Assembly (NCBI GenBank): GCA_963718915.1
Contig: CAVRAI010000006.1
Span: forward strand, 154,827-186,826
DNA length: 32,000 bases
DNA from: an uncultured Chloroflexia bacterium
Lineage (GTDB): Bacteria; Chloroflexota; Ktedonobacteria; Ktedonobacterales; JADMIN01
Direction of reading: 5' to 3'
A model generated the notes under the pieces. The model saw only the letters and a list, made by a program, of their open reading frames with translations, ran no database searches and was not told the DNA's origin. Below, piece after piece: positions 16,333-24,499 of this stretch (position 1 is the first letter of the stretch; each line of letters begins with the position of its first letter). The translations under genes were made by a program, and so were the position numbers.

Positions 16333-17406
16333 ATGCGATCAAAGGTGATTTCGTTAGTCGCCATTGTCGTCGTCGTCATTGTCGCGCTCGCCGGTTGTGG
16401 TGAGAGCACGAGCAGCACGGGAGGAAACAAGAAAAACCCGTCAGATATCCATGTTGCGTTTGTCTATTGGACGACGGCCATTAATGCCATGTCGGAGATG
16501 GCGGCAGGGGCGCAATACGCCGGAGAGCAGTATCATGTCAACGTGCAGCTGCTGGCTCCGCCCAACCCCAACGACCCGCAGGCCGAAGTCAACCTGCTGC
16601 TGAACGCGGCCAAGACGGCGACCGACGGCATCGCAGTCGAGACGCTCGCGCCGGATGTCTTCGATCATCCTGAGGCCAACATCGTGAATTCAGGTATTCC
16701 GATTGTCGCGGTTGATACCGTTGCTCCGGCAGATACTGGCATCAAGACCTATGTCGGCAATGACAATGTCGCTGCGGGAGCCGCTCTGGCCGACGCCGCG
16801 CTGGCGAAGATTCCCGCAGACGCCAAAGGCACAGTAGTCATTGGTAACCCTATACTCGCCGTGCCAGTGCTCGCATTCCGCGCTCAGGGCATCAAAGACG
16901 AGTTTGCGGCGAAGCGCCCAGACATTCAGGTGCTTGGCCCGTTCCAGACGGCGAACGACCCGCAGGGCAACTATAACGCCTGGAATAACCTCGTCAACGC
17001 GCATCCGAACGCCCTCGCCTACCTTGGCGTTGGCGACCAGGATAGTGTCTCGCTTGCGAAGATCAAGACGGCGAACAACGGCAAATACCTCACCGGCGCC
17101 TTCGATCTCAACGACGCGACGATTCAGGCGGTGAAGGATGGCGTCAACTTTGGTCTGCTCGACCCATATCACTTCATGAAGGGCTACGTTGCCATGCGGC
17201 TGCTGATCGAGCACGCGCTCAATGGCACAGCCATTCCTGAGGGCTGGTGGAACACCGGGCATCTGATGGTTGACCAGACGAACATCGACCAGATCATCGC
17301 GCGCCAGGCGAGTCTTGACGCGAAGGGCGCCTACTACAAGCCGATCATCGCCCAGCAGTTCGCGAACCCATCGGCGTATATCAAACCGATGGATCAGGCA
17401 AAGTAG
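16333..17406 (+). CDS. Sugar-type (RbsB/Peripla_BP_4-like) ABC transporter substrate-binding lipoprotein
   Basis: The ORF track start is GTG 16324. ATG 16333 follows GGAGGTGGAG. Signal peptide with lipobox (ALAGC), then a type I periplasmic binding fold (IPIVAVDT, YVGNDNVAAG, YLGVGDQD). Confidence 0.88.
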   Translation: MRSKVISLVAIVVVVIVALAGCGESTSSTGGNKKNPSDIHVAFVYWTTAINAMSEMAAGAQYAGEQYHVNVQLLAPPNPNDPQAEVNLLLNAAKTATDGIAVETLAPDVFDHPEANIVNSGIPIVAVDTVAPADTGIKTYVGNDNVAAGAALADAALAKIPADAKGTVVIGNPILAVPVLAFRAQGIKDEFAAKRPDIQVLGPFQTANDPQGNYNAWNNLVNAHPNALAYLGVGDQDSVSLAKIKTANNGKYLTGAFDLNDATIQAVKDGVNFGLLDPYHFMKGYVAMRLLIEHALNGTAIPEGWWNTGHLMVDQTNIDQIIARQASLDAKGAYYKPIIAQQFANPSAYIKPMDQAK

Positions 17407-17532
17407 CCGCTCACTGTTTCTTGTAGCTTGCGGATTGTGCATGGTCTCGGCCTTGAAGGGCCGGAGTAATTGGGCAGAAGGCTTGAAAGCCTATCAGGGC
17501 GGGATGGCCATTATGAACTTTTAGAATTACCT

Positions 17533-17660
17533 CCGAACACGGTACTCGGGTGGGCCTGCCGGAGCCTGCCAGCGAATGGGGCGGGGCAAATTCGCCGTAG
17601 CATTCATGCTACGGCCTGCTCGCCCCGCCATCGCGCTGGGTGTTCGGGCTAAAACGTACA
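17533..17660 (+). repeat. Intergenic repeat family, copy C (most complete; nested inverted repeats)
   Basis: Three nested inverted repeats: CCGAACAC (17533-17540)/GTGTTCGG (17640-17647); GGCGGGGC (17580-17587)/GCCCCGCC (17622-17629); and the central hairpin GCCGTAGCA-TTCA-TGCTACGGC (17594-17615). It is homologous to 9509-9632 and, reversed, to 4728-4830. Confidence 0.8.
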
Positions 17661-17736
17661 AGTTCATGTATAGCCCAATGAGTCATACTCCGGCCATTTA
17701 TGGCCGAGGGAGTGCATCGATAGAAGCGAGGGACGC

Positions 17737-19254
17737 ATGAATACACTGCCCGATACGCTCAATGCGACCGGCATTCGTAAGTCGTATGGCGGGATTGCGG
17801 CCCTCAAAGGCGTAGACTTTCGCGTCCGCGCGGGAACAGTCCACGCACTGCTCGGCGAGAACGGCGCGGGCAAATCGACGTTGGTCAAGGTGCTGGTTGG
17901 GGCGACATCGCCCGATGCCGGAACGCTGCAACTCGACGGACGCCGGGTGCGCTTCAGCAGCACCGCCGATGCGGCGAGCCAGGGCATCGCGGTCGTCTCG
18001 CAGGAACTGAATCTCTTTCCTGACTTAAGCGTTCTGGAGAACCTCTTTGTCCTGCGTGAGCCACGCCGCGGGCCAGTCGTCGCGCGTGACCGTATGGCGC
18101 GCCTCGCCTCTCCGGTGATGGAGGAACTCGGTCTGCGGGTGAACATGCGCGCGCCTGTCTCATCGCTCTCCCTCGAACAGCGCCAGCTGCTGGAGATCGC
18201 GCGGGCGTTGATGATTAATCCGCGGGTGCTCATTCTCGACGAGCCGACCTCAGCGCTGCATATCCACCAGACCGAGCGACTGCACAACCTCCTGCGCACG
18301 CTCCGCCAGCGGAACGTCGCCGTCGTCTACGTCTCCCACATCCTGGAAGACGCGCTGAATCTCTGCGACGTCGTGACGGTTCTGCGCGATGGCGAGCGGG
18401 TGCTCGACGCCGTCCCCGCCGCGCACCTGGGGATCGATGAGATTGTCCGGGCGATGCTGGGCGAGAAGAAACAGCTTCCCGCGCGCCAGGATGTGACCCA
18501 CAAGCGCTACTCGCCGACTCAGGATGCCCTGCGCTTTGTCGATGTCACGGCGCCGGGGCGCCTCGATGCAGTCTCGTTCGCGGCTCCGGCAGGCTCCATA
18601 GTGGGCGTCGTCGGGTTGGCCGATTCGGGGCATCGCGATGCGCTGGCGGCGGCGGCGGGTCTGCTTCCGCTCTCTAGTGGGCAGATACAGCTACCGAATG
18701 GCGTGCCCATCCAACCGCGACGCCGGGCAGCCGTGCAGCAGGGGGTGGCGTTAGTCCCAGGGGATCGTCGGCGCGTCGGTCTGACACTCGACGCGCCTCT
18801 CTGGGAGAATATGGCGCAGGTGCGGTCGGTCGCGCTGGGGCGGGATGGCAGCCTCATCCGCCCCCATGTGCTGCGGGCGCGGGCGCGAGTTCGCATGGCC
18901 CAGCTTGGTATCCGGGCAAGCTCCGTGAATCAGGAGGCGGGCCGTCTCTCGGGCGGCAACCAGCAAAAAGTGGTGTTTGCCAAGTGGCTTGAAGCGAACC
19001 CCTCGGTGCTCCTGCTGGATGACCCCACGCGGGGCATTGATATTGGGGCAAAGGCCGAGATTTATGGGCTCATGCGCGATCTTGCGCGTCAGGGTGTCGT
19101 GCAGGTGCTGGCATCGACCGATCTCGAAGAACTCGCCACGATATGCGATACCGTGCTAGTCTTTTTCGGGGGGCGCATCTGCGCGACCCTCAGCGCAGAG
19201 CACCTGAACGCTCACACTATTCTTGAAGTCATGAATACCGGCAAACAGCCCTAG
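17737..19254 (+). CDS. Sugar-type ABC transporter ATP-binding protein with duplicated NBDs (RbsA/XylG-like)
   Basis: 505 aa. The first NBD has GENGAGKST, LSLEQRQLLEIARAL and ILILDEPTSAL. The second, degenerate NBD has LSGGNQQKVVFAKWL and LLLLDDPTRGID. Confidence 0.9.
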   Translation: MNTLPDTLNATGIRKSYGGIAALKGVDFRVRAGTVHALLGENGAGKSTLVKVLVGATSPDAGTLQLDGRRVRFSSTADAASQGIAVVSQELNLFPDLSVLENLFVLREPRRGPVVARDRMARLASPVMEELGLRVNMRAPVSSLSLEQRQLLEIARALMINPRVLILDEPTSALHIHQTERLHNLLRTLRQRNVAVVYVSHILEDALNLCDVVTVLRDGERVLDAVPAAHLGIDEIVRAMLGEKKQLPARQDVTHKRYSPTQDALRFVDVTAPGRLDAVSFAAPAGSIVGVVGLADSGHRDALAAAAGLLPLSSGQIQLPNGVPIQPRRRAAVQQGVALVPGDRRRVGLTLDAPLWENMAQVRSVALGRDGSLIRPHVLRARARVRMAQLGIRASSVNQEAGRLSGGNQQKVVFAKWLEANPSVLLLDDPTRGIDIGAKAEIYGLMRDLARQGVVQVLASTDLEELATICDTVLVFFGGRICATLSAEHLNAHTILEVMNTGKQP

Positions 19255-19317
19255 CGCGACGACTCCCGGCCCCCAGGGGGTTGGCTCTCATCGCAACATC
19301 GCACTCTGGAGAACATC

Positions 19318-20208
19318 ATGGCGCAGCTCATGTCGTTGAGCGAAGCCGTCGCGCAGCTCATTCACGATGGTGATACGCTAGCGATGGAGGGATTTACCCA
19401 TCTCATTCCCTTCGCCGCTGGCCATGAGGTGATTCGCCAGCGCAAACAGCGTCTGACGCTCATCCGCATGACCCCAGATGTCATCTACGATCAACTCATC
19501 GGCGCTGGCTGCGCGCAACGGCTCGTATTCTCGTGGGGTGGCAATCCCGGCGTTGGCTCGCTGCATCGCCTGCGCGACGCCGTGGAGCACGACTGGCCGC
19601 AGCCGCTCGAAATCGAGGAGCATAGCCACGCGGGCCTGTCAAACGCTTATGTCGCGGGCGCGTCGCATCTCCCGTTTGGCGTCCTGCGCGGCTACAGCGG
19701 CACTGACCTGCCGCGCAACAACGACCATATCCGTTTCATCCAGTGTCCCTTCACCGGCGAGGAGTTATCGGCGGTACGCGCGGTGCGCCCAGATGTTGCT
19801 GTAATTCACGCGCAGAAAGCGGATCGCAAGGGCAATGTGCTGCTCTGGGGCATTCTGGGCGTCCAGAAAGAGGCGGCGCTGGCGGCGCAGCGCGCCATCG
19901 TCACCGTCGAAGAGGTCGTAGATGATCTGGAGGCGTGGCCCAACGCCTGCATACTTCCCTGGTGGGTGGTCAGCGCCGTCTGTGTCGTTCCCGGTGGCGC
20001 GGCGCCATCCTACGCGCAGGGCTACTATCAGCGCGATAATCGCTTCTATCTAGCCTGGGACGCCATCGCCCGCGAGCGCGATCGTTTCCAGGCGTGGATT
20101 CAGCGCCACATTCTCGATACCGGCGACTTCGCCGAATTTCAGCGGGTGCTTCAGGAATCGCAACAGGAATCGCAACAGGAATCGTCGGGCGACGAGGTGC
20201 AGCCATGA
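19318..20208 (+). CDS. pcaI: CoA-transferase subunit A (family I, glutaconate-CoA-transferase-like); probable 3-oxoadipate:succinyl-CoA transferase by context
   Basis: MAQLMSLSEAVAQLIHDGDTLAMEGFTHLIPFAAGHEV... is typical of a CoA-transferase A subunit. It has an ATGA overlap with the B subunit and sits directly upstream of pcaHGBDC. The symbol is assigned from context only. The C-terminal QESQQESQQES tail is encoded by a 12-bp tandem repeat. Confidence 0.7.
   Translation: MAQLMSLSEAVAQLIHDGDTLAMEGFTHLIPFAAGHEVIRQRKQRLTLIRMTPDVIYDQLIGAGCAQRLVFSWGGNPGVGSLHRLRDAVEHDWPQPLEIEEHSHAGLSNAYVAGASHLPFGVLRGYSGTDLPRNNDHIRFIQCPFTGEELSAVRAVRPDVAVIHAQKADRKGNVLLWGILGVQKEAALAAQRAIVTVEEVVDDLEAWPNACILPWWVVSAVCVVPGGAAPSYAQGYYQRDNRFYLAWDAIARERDRFQAWIQRHILDTGDFAEFQRVLQESQQESQQESSGDEVQP
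20152..20184 (+). repeat. 12-bp tandem repeat CAGGAATCGCAA x2.75 (heptamer GGAATCG x3) at the 3' end of the CoA-transferase A gene
   Basis: Read directly: GGAATCG at 20154-20160, 20166-20172 and 20178-20184. Confidence 0.9.
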
Positions 20209-20999
20209 GCGACAGTATGAGCGATATGCCGTACACCACCAGCGAGATGATGACCGTCGCCGCCGCCCGCCTGCTCCCCGACCGCGCGGTCTGTTTCGTC
20301 GGCATCGGCCTGCCCTCGACGGCGGCCAACCTGGCGCGGCTGACCCACGCGCCGGATCTCGTACTCATCTACGAATCTGGCCCAATTGGCGCCAAACCCG
20401 CCGTGCTGCCACTCTCGATTGGTGACGGTGATCTGGCCGAGACGGCGGATACGGTCGTCTCGACCTCCGAAATCTTCCGCTACTGGCTACAGGGCGAGCG
20501 CATTGACATCGGGTTTCTGAGCGCCGCGCAGATTGACCGCTTCGGCAACCTGAATACGACTGTGATTGGCGACTACGACCATCCGCGCACGCGATTGCCC
20601 GGCGCTGGTGGCGCGCCAGAGATCGCCGGGGCGGCGCGCCAGGTCTTCATCCTGCTCAAGCAGTCGCCGCGCGCCTTCGTCGAGCGCCTCGATTTCGTCA
20701 CCTCCGTTGGCTATGGTGACGGCGGCGATGCGCGCGCGCGTCTGGGCCTGAGCGGACGCGGCCCCACCGCAATCATCACCGATTTATGCATCATGGAGCC
20801 AGAAGACATCACGAACGAGTTTATCGTGACACACCTGCACCAGGGGGTGACCCGCAATCAGGTGCGGGAGACTATCGGCTGGCCGGTACGATTCGCGGCC
20901 ACATTGGAGACAACCATGCCGCCATCCGGGCAGGAGCTTGCCACGCTGCGTGATCTGCAACGGCGTACGGCTCTGGCGCATGGGACACAGCACGAGTGA
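20205..20999 (+). CDS. pcaJ: CoA-transferase subunit B; probable 3-oxoadipate:succinyl-CoA transferase by context
   Basis: The ORF track gives 20094-20999. I prefer ATG 20205 (MSDSMSDMPYTTSEMMTVAAARLL...), which overlaps the subunit A stop as ATGA. The sequence is B-subunit-like (ESGPIGAKP; QIDRFGNLNTT). The symbol is assigned from context only. Confidence 0.7.
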   Translation: MSDSMSDMPYTTSEMMTVAAARLLPDRAVCFVGIGLPSTAANLARLTHAPDLVLIYESGPIGAKPAVLPLSIGDGDLAETADTVVSTSEIFRYWLQGERIDIGFLSAAQIDRFGNLNTTVIGDYDHPRTRLPGAGGAPEIAGAARQVFILLKQSPRAFVERLDFVTSVGYGDGGDARARLGLSGRGPTAIITDLCIMEPEDITNEFIVTHLHQGVTRNQVRETIGWPVRFAATLETTMPPSGQELATLRDLQRRTALAHGTQHE

Positions 21000-21022
21000 T
21001 AGAGCAGTGAGGAGGTCTGACG

Positions 21023-21727
21023 ATGCCCAAAATTCGCGGTTATCGGCGGCTTGAGGAGGAGACGCAGCCACCCTACCTCTACCCGCAATATGCCTCGACG
21101 CCCAAACGCGCGCCCACCAGGCCGCTGATCCTGCTGCCGCATACGCTCTCGGAGGTGACTGGGCCAGTCTTCGGCTATGACCGTATCGCGCCAACGGACA
21201 ACGACCTGACCGCACACCACCAGGAAGAACCCCTGGGCGAGCGTATCATCGTCTGTGGGCGCGTGCTCGACGACTATCGTCGGCCTGTGCGCCACGCGCT
21301 GATCGAGCTATGGCAGGCCAACGCCGCCGGACGCTACCGGCACAAATCCGACATGCACAATGCGCCGCTCGATCCCAACTTCGACGGCTATGGGCGGACC
21401 ATGACCGACGATGAGGGACGCTATACCTTCCTGACCATCAAGCCGGGAGCCTATCCCTGGGGCAATCACTACAACGCCTGGCGTCCCGCGCACATCCACT
21501 TCTCGCTCTTTGGCGCGGGCATCCTGAGCCGACTGGTCACACAGATGTACTTTCCCGGCGACCCACTGATGGATGAAGACCCGATATTCAACAGTATTCC
21601 CGATGAGAAAGCGCGCCGCCGCCTGATCTCGACGCTCGACTGGGAGCTGACCAGCCCGGACTACGCCCTGGGCTATCGTTTCGATATTGTGCTACGCGGT
21701 CGCGATGACACACCGATGGAGGCTTGA
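21023..21727 (+). CDS. pcaH: Protocatechuate 3,4-dioxygenase beta subunit
   Basis: 234 aa, with GAGGAGG upstream. Intradiol dioxygenase core: LWQANAAGRYRHKSDMHNAPLDPNF..GRYTFLTIKPGAYPWGNHYNAWRPAHIHFSLFG. Confidence 0.92.
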   Translation: MPKIRGYRRLEEETQPPYLYPQYASTPKRAPTRPLILLPHTLSEVTGPVFGYDRIAPTDNDLTAHHQEEPLGERIIVCGRVLDDYRRPVRHALIELWQANAAGRYRHKSDMHNAPLDPNFDGYGRTMTDDEGRYTFLTIKPGAYPWGNHYNAWRPAHIHFSLFGAGILSRLVTQMYFPGDPLMDEDPIFNSIPDEKARRRLISTLDWELTSPDYALGYRFDIVLRGRDDTPMEA

Positions 21728-21728
21728 A

Positions 21729-22292
21729 ATGGGACTGCATCCAACCGCATCACAGACCATCGGACCGTATCTGCGCATTGGCCTGACGCCCATGTTCGTC
21801 ACCGACATCGCTGGGCCAGATGTGCCCGGCGAGCGTATCACCCTGCGCGGGCGTGTGCTCGACGGCGACGGCAGACCCGTTGACGACGCGCTGATCGAGG
21901 TGTGGCAGGCGAACTCCGCGGGCAGATACGCCCACCCCGACGATACGCAGGAGAAGCCGCTGACGCCTGGATTTCAGGGGTTTGGCCGCTCGCCCACCGA
22001 TGACGACGGCGCGTTTCACTTCACCACGATCAAGCCGGGGCCAGTTACAGGGCCAGACGGGCAGGCGCAGGCGCCACATCTGGCGGTCGTGGTCTTCATG
22101 CGCGGGCTGCTGCGCCAGTTGGTGACGCGGGTCTACTTCCCTGGCGATCCAGCGAATGCGACTGATCCCGTCTTGCGGTTGGTTTCCGAGGAGCGACGCG
22201 CGACGCTGATTGCGCGGCCCGCGGCGGATGGGACACTGGAGTGGAATATCCACCTTCAGGGGCCAGACGAGACCGTCTTCTTCGCAACCTGA
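21729..22292 (+). CDS. pcaG: Protocatechuate 3,4-dioxygenase alpha subunit
   Basis: The ORF track gives 21687-22292. I prefer ATG 21729 (MGLHPTASQTIGPYLRIGL...), one nt after the pcaH stop. Motifs: EVWQANSAGRYAHPDD and FHFTTIKPGPV. Confidence 0.9.
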   Translation: MGLHPTASQTIGPYLRIGLTPMFVTDIAGPDVPGERITLRGRVLDGDGRPVDDALIEVWQANSAGRYAHPDDTQEKPLTPGFQGFGRSPTDDDGAFHFTTIKPGPVTGPDGQAQAPHLAVVVFMRGLLRQLVTRVYFPGDPANATDPVLRLVSEERRATLIARPAADGTLEWNIHLQGPDETVFFAT

Positions 22293-22351
22293 TACGACCC
22301 GACCCGACATGACCCAACACGACCTGATACGCGCCACGGCGGAGGTTTCTC

Positions 22352-23683
22352 ATGTTCGATCACCTGTTCACCACCGACCGGATGAGAACCATTTTTTCGG
22401 ATTTGGCGCGCATTCAGGGCATGCTGGACTTCGAGGCGGCATTGGCGCGAGCGGAGGCGCGCGCTGGCATGATCGGCGAGGGGACCGCGGTGGCTATCGC
22501 GGCGCACTGCCATGCCGACCGTTTCGAGCTTGCGACGCTGGCGACGGCGACGGCGACGGCTGGCAATCCGGCCATCCCGCTGATCGCGGCGCTGACCGCG
22601 CAGGTTGCCGCCGATGATGCGGAGGCGGCGCGCTACGTTCACTGGGGAGCCACCAGTCAAGATGTGATGGATACGGGACTCGTCTTGCAGCTTCGCGGCG
22701 CACTGGATGCGCTCGATGCTGATCTGACGCGCCTGGCGGCGGCATGCGCGCGACTGGCCGAGCGCAACGCCGATCTGACGATGGCCGGGCGCACCTGGCT
22801 CCAGCAGGCGCTGCCGATCACTTTCGGCGTGAAGGCGGCTGGCTGGCTCAGCGCCGTCAATCGCCACCGCGAGCGACTGCGGCAGATGCGTCCGCGCGTG
22901 CTCGTGACGCAGCTTGGCGGGGCGGTCGGCACGCTGGCGGCGTTTGGTCCGGCGGGGCTGGTGGTAGCGGAGGCGCTGGCCGATGACCTTGGCCTGGCGC
23001 TGCCAGATATTCCCTGGCATACGCACCGTGACCGGCTGGTCGAGGCCGCCACGACCCTCGGCTCGCTGGTGGGGACGCTTGGCAAGATGGCGCGCGATCT
23101 CGCGTTGCTGGCGCAGACGGAGGTCGGTGAGGCGTTCGAGCCAGCGGAGCCGGGCAAGGGCGCGTCTTCGACGATGCCGCAGAAGCGCAATCCGGTGGGC
23201 GCGTCGGTGGCGCTCGCCGCGGCCGTCCGCGTGCCTGGGCTGGTGGCAATCATGCTCGCGGCGATGCCCCAGGAGCACGAGCGCGGGCTGGGTGGCTGGC
23301 AGGCCGAATGGGAGACGCTGCCGGAGATAGTGCGGCTGGCGGCTGGCGCGCTCTGGCAGATGGCTCAGGTTGCCGAGGGGTTGGAGCTTGACGCTGATCG
23401 CATGCGCGCCAATCTCGACATCACGAAAGGGGTGATCTGCGCCGAGGCGGTCGCGATGGCGCTCGTGCCGACGCTGGGGAAAACGTCCGCGCATCAGGTC
23501 GTCGACGACGCCTGCCGCCAGGCGCTGGCCCGGGATGTTGCGCTGCGTGACGTCCTTGCCGAAGACCCACAGGTGACGGAGATACTTTCCGCCGATGCCT
23601 TAGATCGTCTCTGCGACCCGCGCAACGCCACCGGGCTTGCGGACCAACTGATCCAGCGGGCCCTGGCGCGCCGCGTTGAATGA
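22352..23683 (+). CDS. pcaB: 3-carboxy-cis,cis-muconate cycloisomerase
   Basis: 443 aa of the fumarase/aspartase superfamily (GATSQDVMDT, GSSTMPQKRNP) with a PcaB-like N-terminus, MFDHLFTTDRMRTIFSD. GGAGG lies upstream. Confidence 0.9.
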   Translation: MFDHLFTTDRMRTIFSDLARIQGMLDFEAALARAEARAGMIGEGTAVAIAAHCHADRFELATLATATATAGNPAIPLIAALTAQVAADDAEAARYVHWGATSQDVMDTGLVLQLRGALDALDADLTRLAAACARLAERNADLTMAGRTWLQQALPITFGVKAAGWLSAVNRHRERLRQMRPRVLVTQLGGAVGTLAAFGPAGLVVAEALADDLGLALPDIPWHTHRDRLVEAATTLGSLVGTLGKMARDLALLAQTEVGEAFEPAEPGKGASSTMPQKRNPVGASVALAAAVRVPGLVAIMLAAMPQEHERGLGGWQAEWETLPEIVRLAAGALWQMAQVAEGLELDADRMRANLDITKGVICAEAVAMALVPTLGKTSAHQVVDDACRQALARDVALRDVLAEDPQVTEILSADALDRLCDPRNATGLADQLIQRALARRVE

Positions 23684-23710
23684 ATCATGATCAAAAGGAC
23701 CCCATGACGT

Positions 23711-24499
23711 ATGCATTCAATTGATCTGCCGTCGGGCAAGTTTTATTACCAGTTTGACGGTCCACCCGATGCCCCGGTGCTGATTCTCTCCAATTCGCTC
23801 GGCACCGATCATACGATGTGGGATCTTCAGATGCCTGCGCTGGAACGCTATTTCCGCGTGCTACGCTATGACAGCAGAGGGCACGGCGCGTCGGCCGTTC
23901 CTCCTGGCCCCTATACCATCGAGATGCTGGGGCAGGATGCGCTGGCGCTCTTAGACGCGCTTGATATCACACGGGCGCACTTTTGCGGGCTGTCCATGGG
24001 CGGCATGGTGGGCATGTGGCTGGCTGCCAACGTGCCGGAGCGGATCAACCGGCTGGCGCTCTGTAACACCGCCGCGCGCATGGGGCCGCCTCAACTGTGG
24101 GATGCCCGTATCGGATCGGTGCGCCAGTGGGGTATGGCAAATATCATTGCCGCAGTGATCGTACGCTGGTTCACCCCGGCATTTTTCGAGCGCGAGCCGG
24201 AGATGGTCGAGACGATGCGCCAGACACTGTTGCGTACCCCGCCTGAAGGGTATATCGCCTGTTGTGAGGCGATTCGCGACATGGATATGCGCGCCACTCT
24301 GCCCCGCATTCGCGCCAGCACCCTCGTCATCGCCGGGTCGCTCGATGCCGCGTCGCCGCCCGCCGATGGACGCTTCCTGGCGGAGACGATTCCCGACGCG
24401 CGTTATCAGGAGTTCCTCGCGGCGCATATGGCTAATATCGAGGTTGGGCAGCCATTTACCGATGCGCTGGTGCGCTTTTTCAGGGGATCAGAGGCATGA
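23711..24499 (+). CDS. pcaD: 3-oxoadipate enol-lactonase (alpha/beta hydrolase)
   Basis: 262 aa: PVLILSNSLGTDHTMWDLQ...FRVLRYDSRGHGAS...GLSMGG nucleophile elbow. Confidence 0.88.
   Translation: MHSIDLPSGKFYYQFDGPPDAPVLILSNSLGTDHTMWDLQMPALERYFRVLRYDSRGHGASAVPPGPYTIEMLGQDALALLDALDITRAHFCGLSMGGMVGMWLAANVPERINRLALCNTAARMGPPQLWDARIGSVRQWGMANIIAAVIVRWFTPAFFEREPEMVETMRQTLLRTPPEGYIACCEAIRDMDMRATLPRIRASTLVIAGSLDAASPPADGRFLAETIPDARYQEFLAAHMANIEVGQPFTDALVRFFRGSEA

Noticed and set aside
16690-17442. 250-aa ORF on the minus strand
   Set aside because: It is antisense to the sugar-type SBP gene. It has no recognisable motifs and an Arg-rich composition.
17684-17689. CATACT -10-like hexamers downstream of repeat copies C (17684-17689) and A (complement of 4705-4710), suggesting the repeats carry promoters
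   Set aside because: No acceptable -35 lies at 16-18 bp in either case (best 2-3/6 matches). The hexamer alone is too weak as evidence.
19266-19284. CCGGCCCCC-A-GGGGGTTGG hairpin after the ABC ATPase gene, considered as an intrinsic terminator
   Set aside because: The loop is only one nucleotide unless inner pairs open, and no U-tract follows. The next gene starts 34 nt later with its own SD. It is not supportable as a terminator.
22256-23494. 412-aa ORF on the minus strand
   Set aside because: It lies entirely antisense to the well-supported pcaB gene. The translation is Arg/His/Pro/Gln-rich and low in complexity. This is the typical open antisense frame of GC-rich coding DNA.
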